This document shows positions 18,045 through 27,148 of a DNA stretch of 64,000 nt, piece by piece (position 1 is the first letter of the stretch; each line of letters starts with the position of its first letter). Source of the stretch: a virus. The stretch spans positions 1 to 64,000 of IMG/VR virus record IMGVR_UViG_3300045049_000339. One strand, 5' to 3'. The translations under genes were made by a program, and so were the position numbers. The notes below the pieces were generated by a model that made no database searches, was not told the origin of the DNA, and saw only the letters and a list, made by a program, of their open reading frames with translations.

Positions 18045-18501
18045 TTCCATCGGCGCGGAACTGTCCGTGGGCGATGTGATCGGCACGGTGACCGGCGGCC
18101 AGAACGCCATGGTCATCACGGGCAAGATCACCACCATTCACGATGTCAAGATCACCGTCGAGGTGATGTCGGCGAAGTTCGTGGGCAATCCGATCAGCGC
18201 GTGGGTGAGCAAACTCCCGCAGGTCGGCCAGAGCAAGCAGCTCAACGCCTACCGCGTGTTCCGCCTCGGTCCGTGCGTGCACGATCAGGCCGTGGACGTG
18301 GTGGAACTCAGGTGGACGGACCTGTACTTCGAGACGTGGCGCGACGGCTCGGTGCGCGTCAAGATGACGCACAAGCCGACCGGCCTGACCGGCGAGGGCG
18401 ACGACCCGGAGAGCACGCTGGAGGCCAAGGCCGTGGCGCTCAAAGACCTGACCCAGAAGGTGGCGGAGCATGAGCGCAAAGAGCGCGAAAAGGGACACTA
18501 A
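18034..18501 (+). CDS. protein with C-terminal RF-1-like domain lacking GGQ
   Basis: DLYFETWR...VRVKMTHKPTGL...S..EAKAVALKDL aligns by eye to release factor domain 3. Confidence 0.55.
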   Translation: MLTDSIGAELSVGDVIGTVTGGQNAMVITGKITTIHDVKITVEVMSAKFVGNPISAWVSKLPQVGQSKQLNAYRVFRLGPCVHDQAVDVVELRWTDLYFETWRDGSVRVKMTHKPTGLTGEGDDPESTLEAKAVALKDLTQKVAEHERKEREKGH

Positions 18502-18898
18502 GCCCGGCGGCGTCGGCTGCATCGTCACCGACGAGCACGGCTGCTACCTCATGGGCATCCGCACGGGCAAGGACAAGGACGCCGGGAAGTGGGCGCTTCC
18601 CGGCGGCAAGATCGACAAGGGCGAGACGCCCGAGGAGGCCGCTGTTCGGGAGCTGTACGAGGAGACCGGCGTACGGGCTCGTGTGACCCGTGTCGGCCCG
18701 ATCGTGGCCATTCCAGAGCGTGCCTGGCGGCATGTGGCGGTTTTCCTGGAAATGGACCCTCCCGGCCAGGTTCCGCACGACACCGCTGAACTGATCGGCG
18801 TCGGTTTCACGCCGATGTACTCGGTGGTGCGGGAAAACCTGTTCACGCCGTCCCAGGTCATCCTGGAAGCCATCGAGAAAGAGGGAAAGGCAGTTTGA
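18470..18898 (+). CDS. Nudix hydrolase
   Basis: Nudix box GGKIDKGETPEEAAVRELYEETG. Confidence 0.92.
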   Translation: MSAKSAKRDTKPGGVGCIVTDEHGCYLMGIRTGKDKDAGKWALPGGKIDKGETPEEAAVRELYEETGVRARVTRVGPIVAIPERAWRHVAVFLEMDPPGQVPHDTAELIGVGFTPMYSVVRENLFTPSQVILEAIEKEGKAV

Positions 18899-19179
18899 TT
18901 GCGAACTTCTGCTTCAAGTGCGACAAGGAGCTGGAGGTTGTTTTCGGCGGCAAAATGAGCGAGAACGACCCGCAGTGCTCCGGCGCGCTGATGTTCGAGG
19001 CGCGGGGGAATTACGGGTCGACCATTTTCGACCCGATCGGCCGTGAGATCAGCTTGCTGATCAATATCTGCGACGCGTGTGTGACGGCCGGGAAGGACCG
19101 GGTGCTGTTCACGACCGTTGACCGGCCGCTGCCCGTCGTCTCGTACGAACCCTGGGACCCAGAAAAAGACTACCAGTAG
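18895..19179 (+). CDS. zinc-binding hypothetical protein
   Basis: CFKC...GNYGSTIFDP...ICDAC. Confidence 0.65.
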   Translation: MIANFCFKCDKELEVVFGGKMSENDPQCSGALMFEARGNYGSTIFDPIGREISLLINICDACVTAGKDRVLFTTVDRPLPVVSYEPWDPEKDYQ

Positions 19180-19240
19180 CGTGTCCATGACAACGTAGGA
19201 ATGCCAGGAAAACCTGGCGCGAAAAAATTGGGAGCCCAAG

Positions 19241-19579
19241 GTGAAAACGGTCCTCGACCGGCAAATCGAAGATTCCGTGCTCAAGATGTGCCTCTGCCTT
19301 GGGGCCATCATCGGGGATCTGGGCGTCACCTACATCACGTGCTACGGCGCCGTCTTCGACTCGATGGCGATCCTGATCTCCGTGTCATGGACGGCCATGC
19401 TGCTCACCGCGCTGCTGTATCAGGCGTTCCGGTACACGGACCTGCGCCTGCTGCGCTTCGAGAGGCAGCCCATGCCAGCGCGTGAGATGATCAGCCAGCA
19501 GCCCGATCCGGAAACGGACTGGGAAGTCGATGACATCGTGATCACCTCTGTCTTCGACGAGGACGAAGATCAGCAGTGA
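19241..19579 (+). CDS. hypothetical membrane protein
   Basis: two TM-like segments. Confidence 0.6.
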   Translation: MKTVLDRQIEDSVLKMCLCLGAIIGDLGVTYITCYGAVFDSMAILISVSWTAMLLTALLYQAFRYTDLRLLRFERQPMPAREMISQQPDPETDWEVDDIVITSVFDEDEDQQ

Positions 19580-19593
19580 AGGAACTCGCAGGT

Positions 19594-19657
19594 CAGCAGG
19601 CCCGTACAACACGTACGGGCCTGTTGCTTGACCTGAGTGTTTGAGAAGTGATACAGT
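19594..19657 (+). promoter_or_regulatory. terminator hairpin followed by an HrdB-like promoter
   Basis: cagcaggcccgtac-aacac-gtacgggcctgttg, then TTGACC-N18-TACAGT. Confidence 0.65.
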
Positions 19658-19699
19658 TTCTCTTGTCAGCAGGAACGAAGGAAACGTAAGGAGGTCGTC

Positions 19700-19936
19700 A
19701 TGGCCAAGCACAACCACCGTGAGATGGACCGCATCGAACGACTTGCGCTCTCAAAGGGGTTCATCGTCCGACGAACCGCGAACCAGCACCTTCGGATCAT
19801 CAACCCGAAGATCAAGCCGGGACCAGGTGTACGGAATTCGGCCATGTGGTCGTCCGCACACTCCGACGGCCGGTCCGGGCAGAACAGCCGGGCCGAACTG
19901 AAGGCCATCGGGCTCGTCCTCCCCGTCAACCTGTGA
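19700..19936 (+). CDS. HicA-like small basic protein
   Basis: LALSKGFIVRRTANQHLRIINP...SDGRSGQNSRAELKAIG fits the phage HicA-like pattern. Confidence 0.55.
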   Translation: MAKHNHREMDRIERLALSKGFIVRRTANQHLRIINPKIKPGPGVRNSAMWSSAHSDGRSGQNSRAELKAIGLVLPVNL

Positions 19937-19957
19937 CGCAAGGAAAGAGGAATAGGA

Positions 19958-20266
19958 ATGCGCAACACGCGGGACATGACCGCAGAAGAGATTGCGACCG
20001 AACTGGTTCGCCTCGCCCACCACCGTCCCAGCAGCGGCAACCTGAACAAGCTCAACTTCGCCCTCGATCAGTTCAAGGGCAAGGGCTCCCAGAGGCTGGA
20101 CAGCCACCTCGCAGAGTTCGACGAGAACACCGGGGAGTACATCCGCCGGGTCCAGCGCGGCTACGCGGGCACCGTCCAGTGGTGCAACCTGCGGGAGCTG
20201 GCCGAGAAGATCGCCCCTGCGCTGGAGATCCTCGGTGCTGTCCTTGAGAAGGAGAACGCGCAGTGA
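19958..20266 (+). CDS. hypothetical protein
   Basis: RBS, codon bias. Confidence 0.65.
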   Translation: MRNTRDMTAEEIATELVRLAHHRPSSGNLNKLNFALDQFKGKGSQRLDSHLAEFDENTGEYIRRVQRGYAGTVQWCNLRELAEKIAPALEILGAVLEKENAQ

Positions 20267-20796
20267 GCACCGTCGCCCGCAAGGAACGCTGGCGCGAGGC
20301 CCGGCGCAGCGCCCGGCACTGGTCCCTGATCGCCTTGATCATCCTCAGCCCGATCAACGCCGTGGCCGAGTGGTTCCGCCACCTCCCGTGGTTCGTGGAC
20401 TATCCGATGCTGGTGCTTCAGGGGGCATTCCTCCTCGGCATGATCATGCACCCTCGTGAGCTGTGCGAGAAGTGCATCTCGATGATGCCGCTGGACCCGG
20501 AGAAGGACGTCAAGCGCGAGAAGCCGATGCTGCGGCTGCATCACTCGTGGAAGGTGCGTCTGACGATCTTGCTCGGCTCGATTCTCCTCGATGTGTTCAC
20601 CAAGGCTCACTCCCTCGTGGACAACCTGAACAACTCGTTGTTCGACGTGTGGATGGCCTTCGTGCTCTTCTCCCTGCTGCGCCACTCGCGTCTGGAGCCC
20701 TGGTGCCCCTGGTGCAAGAGCGACGGCGACGGCGGGGGCGAGGTCGAGGAGGTCCCTGACCCCACCGACGACCACAGCAAGCCCATCCCGGTCTGA
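20263..20796 (+). CDS. hypothetical membrane protein
   Basis: 4 hydrophobic segments, LCEKC and HSRLEPWCPWC motifs. Confidence 0.7.
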   Translation: MSTVARKERWREARRSARHWSLIALIILSPINAVAEWFRHLPWFVDYPMLVLQGAFLLGMIMHPRELCEKCISMMPLDPEKDVKREKPMLRLHHSWKVRLTILLGSILLDVFTKAHSLVDNLNNSLFDVWMAFVLFSLLRHSRLEPWCPWCKSDGDGGGEVEEVPDPTDDHSKPIPV

Positions 20797-20846
20797 TCCC
20801 ACCCGAGGGGCGTCCGCGTGGCGCCCCTCGCCCAGGGAGGTGTCGC

Positions 20847-21095
20847 ATGGAGTTCTTCGATGCACCCGTCCTGTGCCAGCGCTGCGGGGGTGCTGGCACC
20901 ATCGACCACGGCACCACCTTATGTCCCGCTTGCCGGGGCGAGGGCACAACCACCGAGAAACGACCGATCCCCGTGGAAAATTGCCCAGCCTGTAATGGCT
21001 CCGGGTACGAAGTAGTGACCGTCGAATTGGAAAGCGGCCACTATGAACACCGAACCGATCCGTGCACCAACTGTGAGAAAGGAACAGGAAAATGA
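20847..21095 (+). CDS. DnaJ-type CxxCxGxG zinc-finger protein
   Basis: CQRCGGAG, CPACRGEG, CPACNGSG, CTNCEKGTG. Confidence 0.75.
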   Translation: MEFFDAPVLCQRCGGAGTIDHGTTLCPACRGEGTTTEKRPIPVENCPACNGSGYEVVTVELESGHYEHRTDPCTNCEKGTGK

Positions 21096-21442
21096 GTGCC
21101 GTCGAGGATCTTCTCCTCTGGGCCGACAGCGGTTTCTGCCTCGGAGCGATTTTCACGCTTCGCAAGATGAACCGGGAGATCGCCAGGCTGAAGAAGCTCG
21201 GAATCAAGCCGAAGGAGGAGCCGCAGGTCTGTTCGTGCACCCACTACGCGTCGTTCCACGACGAGAAGGGCTGCCACGACGTGGTCAAGCGGTACATCGG
21301 CCGCGACAAGAAGACCGGCGACAAGATCATGCGGCACGACCCCTGCGCCTGCGTGCGCTACGTCGGCCCCGGCTCCGTGTACGACCCCGGTCTGGAGCAG
21401 GACATCGCCCGTGCCGCGCGGAACGTGGGGGACCACACGTGA
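21092..21442 (+). CDS. hypothetical protein
   Basis: CSCTH...H...C...CAC..YVGP. Confidence 0.7.
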   Translation: MSAVEDLLLWADSGFCLGAIFTLRKMNREIARLKKLGIKPKEEPQVCSCTHYASFHDEKGCHDVVKRYIGRDKKTGDKIMRHDPCACVRYVGPGSVYDPGLEQDIARAARNVGDHT

Positions 21443-21759
21443 ACGCCACCGAACTCGACATCGACTACGGCATCCTGGGCCTTCTGATGGTCGTAGAGCT
21501 TATCTACATCGTTCGCGATCCGTTCAATCGCGAGAAGATCCTGCGGGCCAATCTGTGGAACGCGGTGCTGAATGTGATCTGCGGCATTCTCGCCCTCGCC
21601 ACGCACACACTGCCCGCTGCTTATCTTCACGGCGGCCTCGCCGCGCTGTGCCTGTTCATCTGGTGGCACGGCGGTGGTGGCAAGAACACCAAGCGCCGCC
21701 TGAAGAAGCTCAAGGAGAAGTTCGTGGGCAATCGGCGCACTGCGCCGCAGACCGCGTAA
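21439..21759 (+). CDS. hypothetical membrane protein
   Basis: 3 TM segments, WWHGGGG..TKRRLKKL tail. Confidence 0.65.
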   Translation: MNATELDIDYGILGLLMVVELIYIVRDPFNREKILRANLWNAVLNVICGILALATHTLPAAYLHGGLAALCLFIWWHGGGGKNTKRRLKKLKEKFVGNRRTAPQTA

Positions 21760-21765
21760 GGGGAA

Positions 21766-22086
21766 ATGGAATTGGCTGCTTCCGACAACAAGGCCGCCGC
21801 TGCGTCGAGGATGCTCAAGAACGACAACCATCCGCGCTCGAATTGTCCGCTGTGGCGACGGCTCACCAATCCGCAGGACTTCAGCACTGGCTACATCGTC
21901 CGTACGGACTGGACGGGCACCGTCACGGTCATCCACAACGTCAACAAGGACGATGCCGCGAAGATGGGGCCGGGCGGGACCGAGGCGCACATCAACGCCG
22001 CGCTGGTCCGGTACGCCAACACCATCTCGCGCATGTACCACTTGACCCGGCAGGGAAACTTCCTGATCGTCGGGGACCGTCGATAA
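21766..22086 (+). CDS. hypothetical protein
   Basis: RBS AAGGGG. Confidence 0.6.
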   Translation: MELAASDNKAAAASRMLKNDNHPRSNCPLWRRLTNPQDFSTGYIVRTDWTGTVTVIHNVNKDDAAKMGPGGTEAHINAALVRYANTISRMYHLTRQGNFLIVGDRR

Positions 22087-22126
22087 CGAGGGCGGAAAGA
22101 CCCTCACAATCCGAGAGGAAAGGAAA

Positions 22127-23323
22127 ATGGCCACCCATCACACACTGGAAATGCCCACCATCCAGTTGCCCAAGGTGAAGGTGAAGGATTCCGGGTCGTG
22201 GTGGGTGGCCTTCCGTGCCGCCCTCGTCACCGCGACCGCTTCGATCTTCCTGCACTTGTGGGTGCTGCTGGTCCTCGCGCCGCCCGGCTCGCCGGGCCTG
22301 TGGGCGCGCGTCATGTCCTGGGACGCCGACCTGTACCGGCAGGTGGCCCAGAACGGCTACCCCAGCGGCCTCACGCACGACCCGGTCACCGGGAAGCTTC
22401 AAGGCAGCAACCTGGCCTTCTCGCCGCTCTACCCGCTGCTGGAGCGCTTCGTCCACCTCTTCGGAGCCTCGTGGACGGGCGCCGCCATGGCGGTGTCCTG
22501 GGTCTCCATGGTGGCCTGCCTCGCCCTGGTGCACCGCCTCGCCACCGACCTGTATGGACCGGCCGCAGCCGTCCCGGCCATGGTCCTGGTGGGCTGCGTC
22601 CAGCCCATGGCGCTGGTCTTCGCCCTCGGGTATCCCGACGGCGGCCTGTTCCTCACGATCGGCCTGGGAGCGATCCTTTGTGCACGATCGAAGAAGTGGC
22701 TCTGGGCCGGAGCGCTGGCCGCGCTGGCAGGGATCACCCGGCCGACCGGTGTGGCCGTCACGGTCACCGTCGCCGCGCTGGCCTGGGTTGCGTGGCGTGA
22801 TTCGAGCAAGAACGACCGGCACTACTCGATCGCCGGATCGCTGCTGGGCTGCGTCGGCACCCCTGGTTACCTGCTGTGGGTGGCGCTGCGCACCGGCCAC
22901 CTGACCGCCTGGTTCGCCGTCCAGCAGGCCGGTTGGGGCACGCACTGGGACTGGGGCGTCAGCTTCTGGCAGTTCCTGACCGGCAGCGCTCTGCATGCGA
23001 ATGGCATCGACCCGATGGTGGACATCGTCACGGCGCTGGGAGTGTTCGTGTACACGGCGTTCACCGTCTGGTCGGCGCGCAAGAGCGAGATCGGGGTGCT
23101 GGCCGCGTGGCCTGCCGTAGTGCTGATCATGACGGTTGGCCAGAGCAACTACACCTGCGTCAAGCTCCGCTTGCTGCTGGCCGCCGCGCTGTGCTTCCTT
23201 CCGTTGGCGAAGCGTCTCACCGCCTGGTCACCGCTGGCCCGTTGGACGCTGCTGGTGTCGTTGACGCTGCTCAGCGCGTGGTGGGGCTGGGCCATGCTGA
23301 ACGTCTGGCACTGGGCTCTGTGA
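22127..23323 (+). CDS. GT-C fold membrane glycosyltransferase (PIG-V/mannosyltransferase-like)
   Basis: SWDADLYRQVAQNGYP...NLAFSPLYPLL...AGITRPTG...Q.AGW; about 10 TM segments. Confidence 0.8.
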   Translation: MATHHTLEMPTIQLPKVKVKDSGSWWVAFRAALVTATASIFLHLWVLLVLAPPGSPGLWARVMSWDADLYRQVAQNGYPSGLTHDPVTGKLQGSNLAFSPLYPLLERFVHLFGASWTGAAMAVSWVSMVACLALVHRLATDLYGPAAAVPAMVLVGCVQPMALVFALGYPDGGLFLTIGLGAILCARSKKWLWAGALAALAGITRPTGVAVTVTVAALAWVAWRDSSKNDRHYSIAGSLLGCVGTPGYLLWVALRTGHLTAWFAVQQAGWGTHWDWGVSFWQFLTGSALHANGIDPMVDIVTALGVFVYTAFTVWSARKSEIGVLAAWPAVVLIMTVGQSNYTCVKLRLLLAAALCFLPLAKRLTAWSPLARWTLLVSLTLLSAWWGWAMLNVWHWAL

Positions 23324-23341
23324 GTCATCGGGCGTAGGGAA

Positions 23342-23370
23342 TTGACACACCCTTCGGGGTGTGTCAGTCT
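23342..23370 (+). promoter_or_regulatory. promoter containing a palindrome
   Basis: TTGACA-N17-CAGTCT; tgacacaccc-ttcg-gggtgtgtca spans the -35 box and spacer. Confidence 0.6.
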
Positions 23371-23412
23371 TAGAACACAAGGAACGAGGAACCGGAATCG
23401 AAGGAGAAAGTC

Positions 23413-24171
23413 ATGGCCGCGAACCTGAAAGCCGCCGCGAAGAAGCTGGCCGCCGCGAAGGCGACCACCAAGGCGCCGGTCAAGGAAGCGAAGATCACGC
23501 GGACGAAGGCCGCCGCGAAGAAGGCCCCGGCGAAGAAGTCGCCCGCCAAGACGGCTCCGGCCAGTCCCGCCAAGACGTCCCGTCGGACGTACACGATGAG
23601 CACCCGCCTGGCCACCGGCCACGTCCGCCGGAACCTGGCCCGGTACCGTCGTGACCCGCTGACCCCGGAGTGGGTCGGCTGGAACCTCGACGACGAGGCG
23701 CTGTTCGCCCGTGAGGTCAAGAACTACCTGGTCGACAAGACCACCCTGTCCACCTCCACGCTGGACGCGGCCGACTACTCCGTGCTGCTGGAGGAGTACC
23801 GCAACCTGGCACAGTGGAAGCCCAAGCGTCCCAAGGCGACGGTCCGCAAGCCGGGCGCCGCAGTGAAGGCGGCCTCGTCCGCCATGGAGAAGATGAACGT
23901 GCGCATCGAGATCACCGACGAGCCCGCCGTCCCCGCCCCGCGTCGCAAGGACGTCCCCGTCCGCGTGGAGGTCTCCGTGCCGCCGCTGACCCGCGTCAGC
24001 CTGCGGGTGGACGACGAGGCGCCGAGCCGGGAGAACCGGCGCGTCCCGGAGAACTGGCGGCACCTCGCCGAGCACGCCAACTTCCACGGCGACGAGAACC
24101 ACCCCAACGCCAAGGCTGCGCAGAAGTGGTGGGCGGAGCACTGCGCCAAGCGCATGCGCGGCGAGGTCTGA
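23413..24171 (+). CDS. protein with histone H1-like Ala/Lys-rich N-terminus
   Basis: KAAAKKAPAKKSPAK repeats. Confidence 0.7.
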   Translation: MAANLKAAAKKLAAAKATTKAPVKEAKITRTKAAAKKAPAKKSPAKTAPASPAKTSRRTYTMSTRLATGHVRRNLARYRRDPLTPEWVGWNLDDEALFAREVKNYLVDKTTLSTSTLDAADYSVLLEEYRNLAQWKPKRPKATVRKPGAAVKAASSAMEKMNVRIEITDEPAVPAPRRKDVPVRVEVSVPPLTRVSLRVDDEAPSRENRRVPENWRHLAEHANFHGDENHPNAKAAQKWWAEHCAKRMRGEV

Positions 24172-24425
24172 TGTCCGGCGGCATGATCCGCAGGCGCCAG
24201 GCTGACCACCACAAGGTGGCGGACTGGTGCCGGGAGTGGCCGGGGGAGTGGGTGCTGGTCAACACCTACGCCGCTTTGTACGTCGCCAGGTCCACGTGCG
24301 CGCTCATCCGGGGCGACCGGACTCAGCCCAGTATCACCGCGTACCAACCGGCCGGTGACTTCGAATCCAAGTACGAGATGCGCGAAGAGGGCTGGGCCGT
24401 CTTCGCCATGTACAACCCACAGTAG
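24171..24425 (+). CDS. hypothetical protein
   Basis: REWPGEWVLV...AYQPAGDFE; TGATG coupling. Confidence 0.65.
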   Translation: MSGGMIRRRQADHHKVADWCREWPGEWVLVNTYAALYVARSTCALIRGDRTQPSITAYQPAGDFESKYEMREEGWAVFAMYNPQ

Positions 24426-24434
24426 GAGAAGAAC

Positions 24435-24668
24435 ATGGGCAAGAGCGCCGACCTTAACGATCTCAACGAGCGCGCCACGTACAACCACACGCCGTCCGTC
24501 GTGGCTGCCACGGCCAGGCTGATGAAGGCCACCAGTATGAACCGGACCGACGTGGTCAACCAGGCCATCCTTCGGGACGACTTCCTGCGGCAGGAGCAGG
24601 CCAAGGGGCTGGAGCTGTGCCTGCGCGACCCGAAGACGGGCGTCGTGGAGCGCATCCACCTGATCTGA
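24435..24668 (+). CDS. ribbon-helix-helix-like protein
   Basis: ERATYN...L...T.MNRTDVVNQAI. Confidence 0.55.
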   Translation: MGKSADLNDLNERATYNHTPSVVAATARLMKATSMNRTDVVNQAILRDDFLRQEQAKGLELCLRDPKTGVVERIHLI

Positions 24669-24740
24669 CCTCTTCCGCTGGCCGACGTGTCGACGTATGA
24701 TTCCTGTGACAGGAACCGCAGGAAGTGAAGGACAGTTGCC

Positions 24741-24848
24741 ATGGGTGACATCGGCCGTGAGCATGAGACCGTGACGTTCGAGCCTCTTCCGGAGGAGGCT
24801 CCCGTCGAGGCCCCCGCCCCGTCCGAGCCGGTCGAGGTGCCTGCCTGA
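24741..24848 (+). CDS. 35-aa acidic Pro/Glu-rich peptide
   Basis: GAAGGA RBS; MGDIGREHETVTFEPLPEEAPVEAPAPSEPVEVPA; TGATG-coupled to the next gene. Confidence 0.65.
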   Translation: MGDIGREHETVTFEPLPEEAPVEAPAPSEPVEVPA

Positions 24849-25846
24849 TGGTCAACGGGTTTGGAACCAACTACGAGCCCAAGGACCGCAAGCTGATCCC
24901 TGGGAAGCTCATCGCCTTCCGCAAGTTCCGCTTCAAGCCGCGCCCGGCATTCGAGTTCGACTCGGTCGGTGCGGAGTGGAACGGGTTCATTGCGGGCGTT
25001 GAGCCGTGGAGTCTGATGCCACCGATCCGGTGGCAGAAGATGGGCTACATGCTGGCCAGCTACGGCAAGGCGTACGCCGAGATGTACTTCGGCGCCAATG
25101 AGTGGAAGCCGTGCCTGACGGCAGCCGGATACGGAAACGTCGTGTACGGACCGGGTGAGCACGAAGCGGTGTGTTCGTCCTCGTTCTTCCACAAGAAGGA
25201 CGAGTGGGACTACCACACGGCGCCCAAGGATGACTGCACCTGTGGCTTCTGGGCGTACTACACGCCTGACCAGATCGACACCGGCTGCGGCAACGACTGG
25301 ATGGCCACGGCCGCCGTCGAGGTCTGGGGCGACATCGTCCTCGGTGAGAAGGGCGTTCGTGCGCAGAAGATGAAGATCGTCGGCCTCCTGGTTCCACGGG
25401 AGGTGGTGGCGGCCGACAACATCGACATTGTGCAGGCGTGGCACAAGGTCGTAGGCGAACTGAAAGTTCCGCAGTATTGGAACCGGGCGGAGTTCCTCGA
25501 ATTCCACCCGAAGCAGGACGTGTCCGAACTGCTGCCGAAGCGTCCGCCAGCTCCGGAGTATCCGTACACCCACGAGTTTCAGTCCTTCTCCAGCACGTAC
25601 AACCGCTGGCTGAATATGCAGCAGTTCACGAAGCAGTTCTCGGTGAATGGCAATCCAGCGCTGTATGGGACGCCGGTCACCGCGTACACGTACACGCCGT
25701 ATGTGCCGTCCGTCGTCGAGTTCTGCTGCGTCTGCAAGTACAGGGTGGAGGGACGGACTCAGAAGGACGTGGACCGGATGATGGCCGTACACACCATCAC
25801 CGACCACTTCAAAGACGCTACGACTACTTCGACCACGAACCCTTGA
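24848..25846 (+). CDS. hypothetical protein (CxCGFWA / WG.IV.GE.G.RA family)
   Basis: HTAPKDDCTCGFWAY, VWGDIVLGEKGVRAQK. Confidence 0.75.
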   Translation: MVNGFGTNYEPKDRKLIPGKLIAFRKFRFKPRPAFEFDSVGAEWNGFIAGVEPWSLMPPIRWQKMGYMLASYGKAYAEMYFGANEWKPCLTAAGYGNVVYGPGEHEAVCSSSFFHKKDEWDYHTAPKDDCTCGFWAYYTPDQIDTGCGNDWMATAAVEVWGDIVLGEKGVRAQKMKIVGLLVPREVVAADNIDIVQAWHKVVGELKVPQYWNRAEFLEFHPKQDVSELLPKRPPAPEYPYTHEFQSFSSTYNRWLNMQQFTKQFSVNGNPALYGTPVTAYTYTPYVPSVVEFCCVCKYRVEGRTQKDVDRMMAVHTITDHFKDATTTSTTNP

Positions 25847-25902
25847 TCTCTCCCGGCACCCGTGCGTTAAGCTGAGCAAACAGCGCCGCACCGGAGGGCC
25901 GT

Positions 25903-26172
25903 ATGCCTTACTCGATCCCCCAGGTCGACCCGGACTTCGTTACCTTGCTGATGCAGCAGGACGATCCGGACATGGTGAACAAGGCCATCGTTTTGTACAC
26001 GATCGGGATCATTCAAGGAATATCGTGCATGCTGCGAGACCACTCCATGGCTCTCCTGCTGCAAGGCCGTTCCGAGGAATACGTGGACGGATGGATCGAC
26101 ATCGCCGACATGCTCGATCTCGATCCTCCGCCTCGTGAGTCACACACCGCACCGGAGAAGAAAGAGGGCTAA
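25903..26172 (+). CDS. hypothetical protein
   Basis: RBS GGAGG. Confidence 0.6.
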   Translation: MPYSIPQVDPDFVTLLMQQDDPDMVNKAIVLYTIGIIQGISCMLRDHSMALLLQGRSEEYVDGWIDIADMLDLDPPPRESHTAPEKKEG

Positions 26173-26409
26173 GTGAGGCTCACCAAGACGCTCTATGACG
26201 CGCTCCGCGAGGAGATGCGCACCGTGCTCACCGGCCGTGTACGCGGCCGTGACCCGCTCAAGGTGCACAAGCAGCAGATGCGGATCTGCCGCCTCGACAT
26301 GGCCTACATGAGGCAGAAGGACTGGACCGAGGAATGGGATGACTACACGGCGGACGAGATGCTCCGCGTGATGGAAATCCTGGACTCCGTCCAGAAGCAG
26401 AACAAGTAA
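26173..26409 (+). CDS. hypothetical protein
   Basis: RBS, codon bias. Confidence 0.65.
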   Translation: MRLTKTLYDALREEMRTVLTGRVRGRDPLKVHKQQMRICRLDMAYMRQKDWTEEWDDYTADEMLRVMEILDSVQKQNK

Positions 26410-26428
26410 AGGGAGAGGAGGAACGGTA

Positions 26429-26740
26429 ATGGGGAAATTCATCGTCGATTACAGCGCGCTGTATTCGTGTTTGGAGCATTTGCGCACGAAGCGTTCGCTG
26501 TCCTGGCGCCAGCTCGCCACCGAACTCGACGTGCCGCCGGGGACGTTCACGCGTCTGAGCAAGAACAAGGGCGTCTCTGTCGAGACGTTCGCGACGCTGG
26601 TGAACTGGCTGGGCATGGACGAGTCCATCAGGCCGTTCCTCCTGCACACCGGGCAGGATCTGCACACCGGGCAGGATCTGCGCACCAGCCAGGAGATCGC
26701 CTCGGAGGCGTTGGAGAAGTTCGCCGAGCCCGTGGAGTAG
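26429..26740 (+). CDS. XRE-like HTH protein
   Basis: LSWRQLATELDVPPGTFTRL; internal LHTGQD 18-bp repeat. Confidence 0.75.
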   Translation: MGKFIVDYSALYSCLEHLRTKRSLSWRQLATELDVPPGTFTRLSKNKGVSVETFATLVNWLGMDESIRPFLLHTGQDLHTGQDLRTSQEIASEALEKFAEPVE

Positions 26741-26746
26741 TCGCGT

Positions 26747-27091
26747 ATGGGGACCAAGCTCTGGGAAACCAACCGTGAGGCGCTTCTCGCGGAGCTGAAG
26801 TACGCATACGAAGAGGGCGGCCTGACCATCAAGGAACTGGCCGTCCTCTACGGCGTGTCGTACTCCACCATGCACTTCCGGCTCACCGCCGCAGGCGTGA
26901 ACATGCGCCCCCGCAACGACCAACCGGCCATCGGTGCGCCGCAGGTGGCCGTCATCTCCATCCCGTGCTCCCGGTGCGGCGCGGCTGCTGGCACGCCGTG
27001 CGTGAACGTCTACCGTAACCGCATCAACGACTTCCACGTTGCTCGAAGACGCGCTGCTGCGGGCGGGGTTGACAACGCGTGTGAGACGTGA
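26747..27091 (+). CDS. HTH plus zinc-finger protein
   Basis: YEEGGLTIKELAVLYGVSYSTMHFRL..AGV; CSRCGAAAGTPC...H..R. Confidence 0.75.
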   Translation: MGTKLWETNREALLAELKYAYEEGGLTIKELAVLYGVSYSTMHFRLTAAGVNMRPRNDQPAIGAPQVAVISIPCSRCGAAAGTPCVNVYRNRINDFHVARRRAAAGGVDNACET

Positions 27092-27148
27092 AACAGTATG
27101 TCTCAGGAACGAGGGACCGGAAAGGTCCAAGAGAATCAGGGAGTACAT

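Noticed and set aside
26642-26695. 18-bp tandem repeat (LHTGQD); similar EPETVE repeats near 41374-41432 and TPA repeats near 4007-4056
   Set aside because: Short in-frame linker duplications with no sign of a separate function
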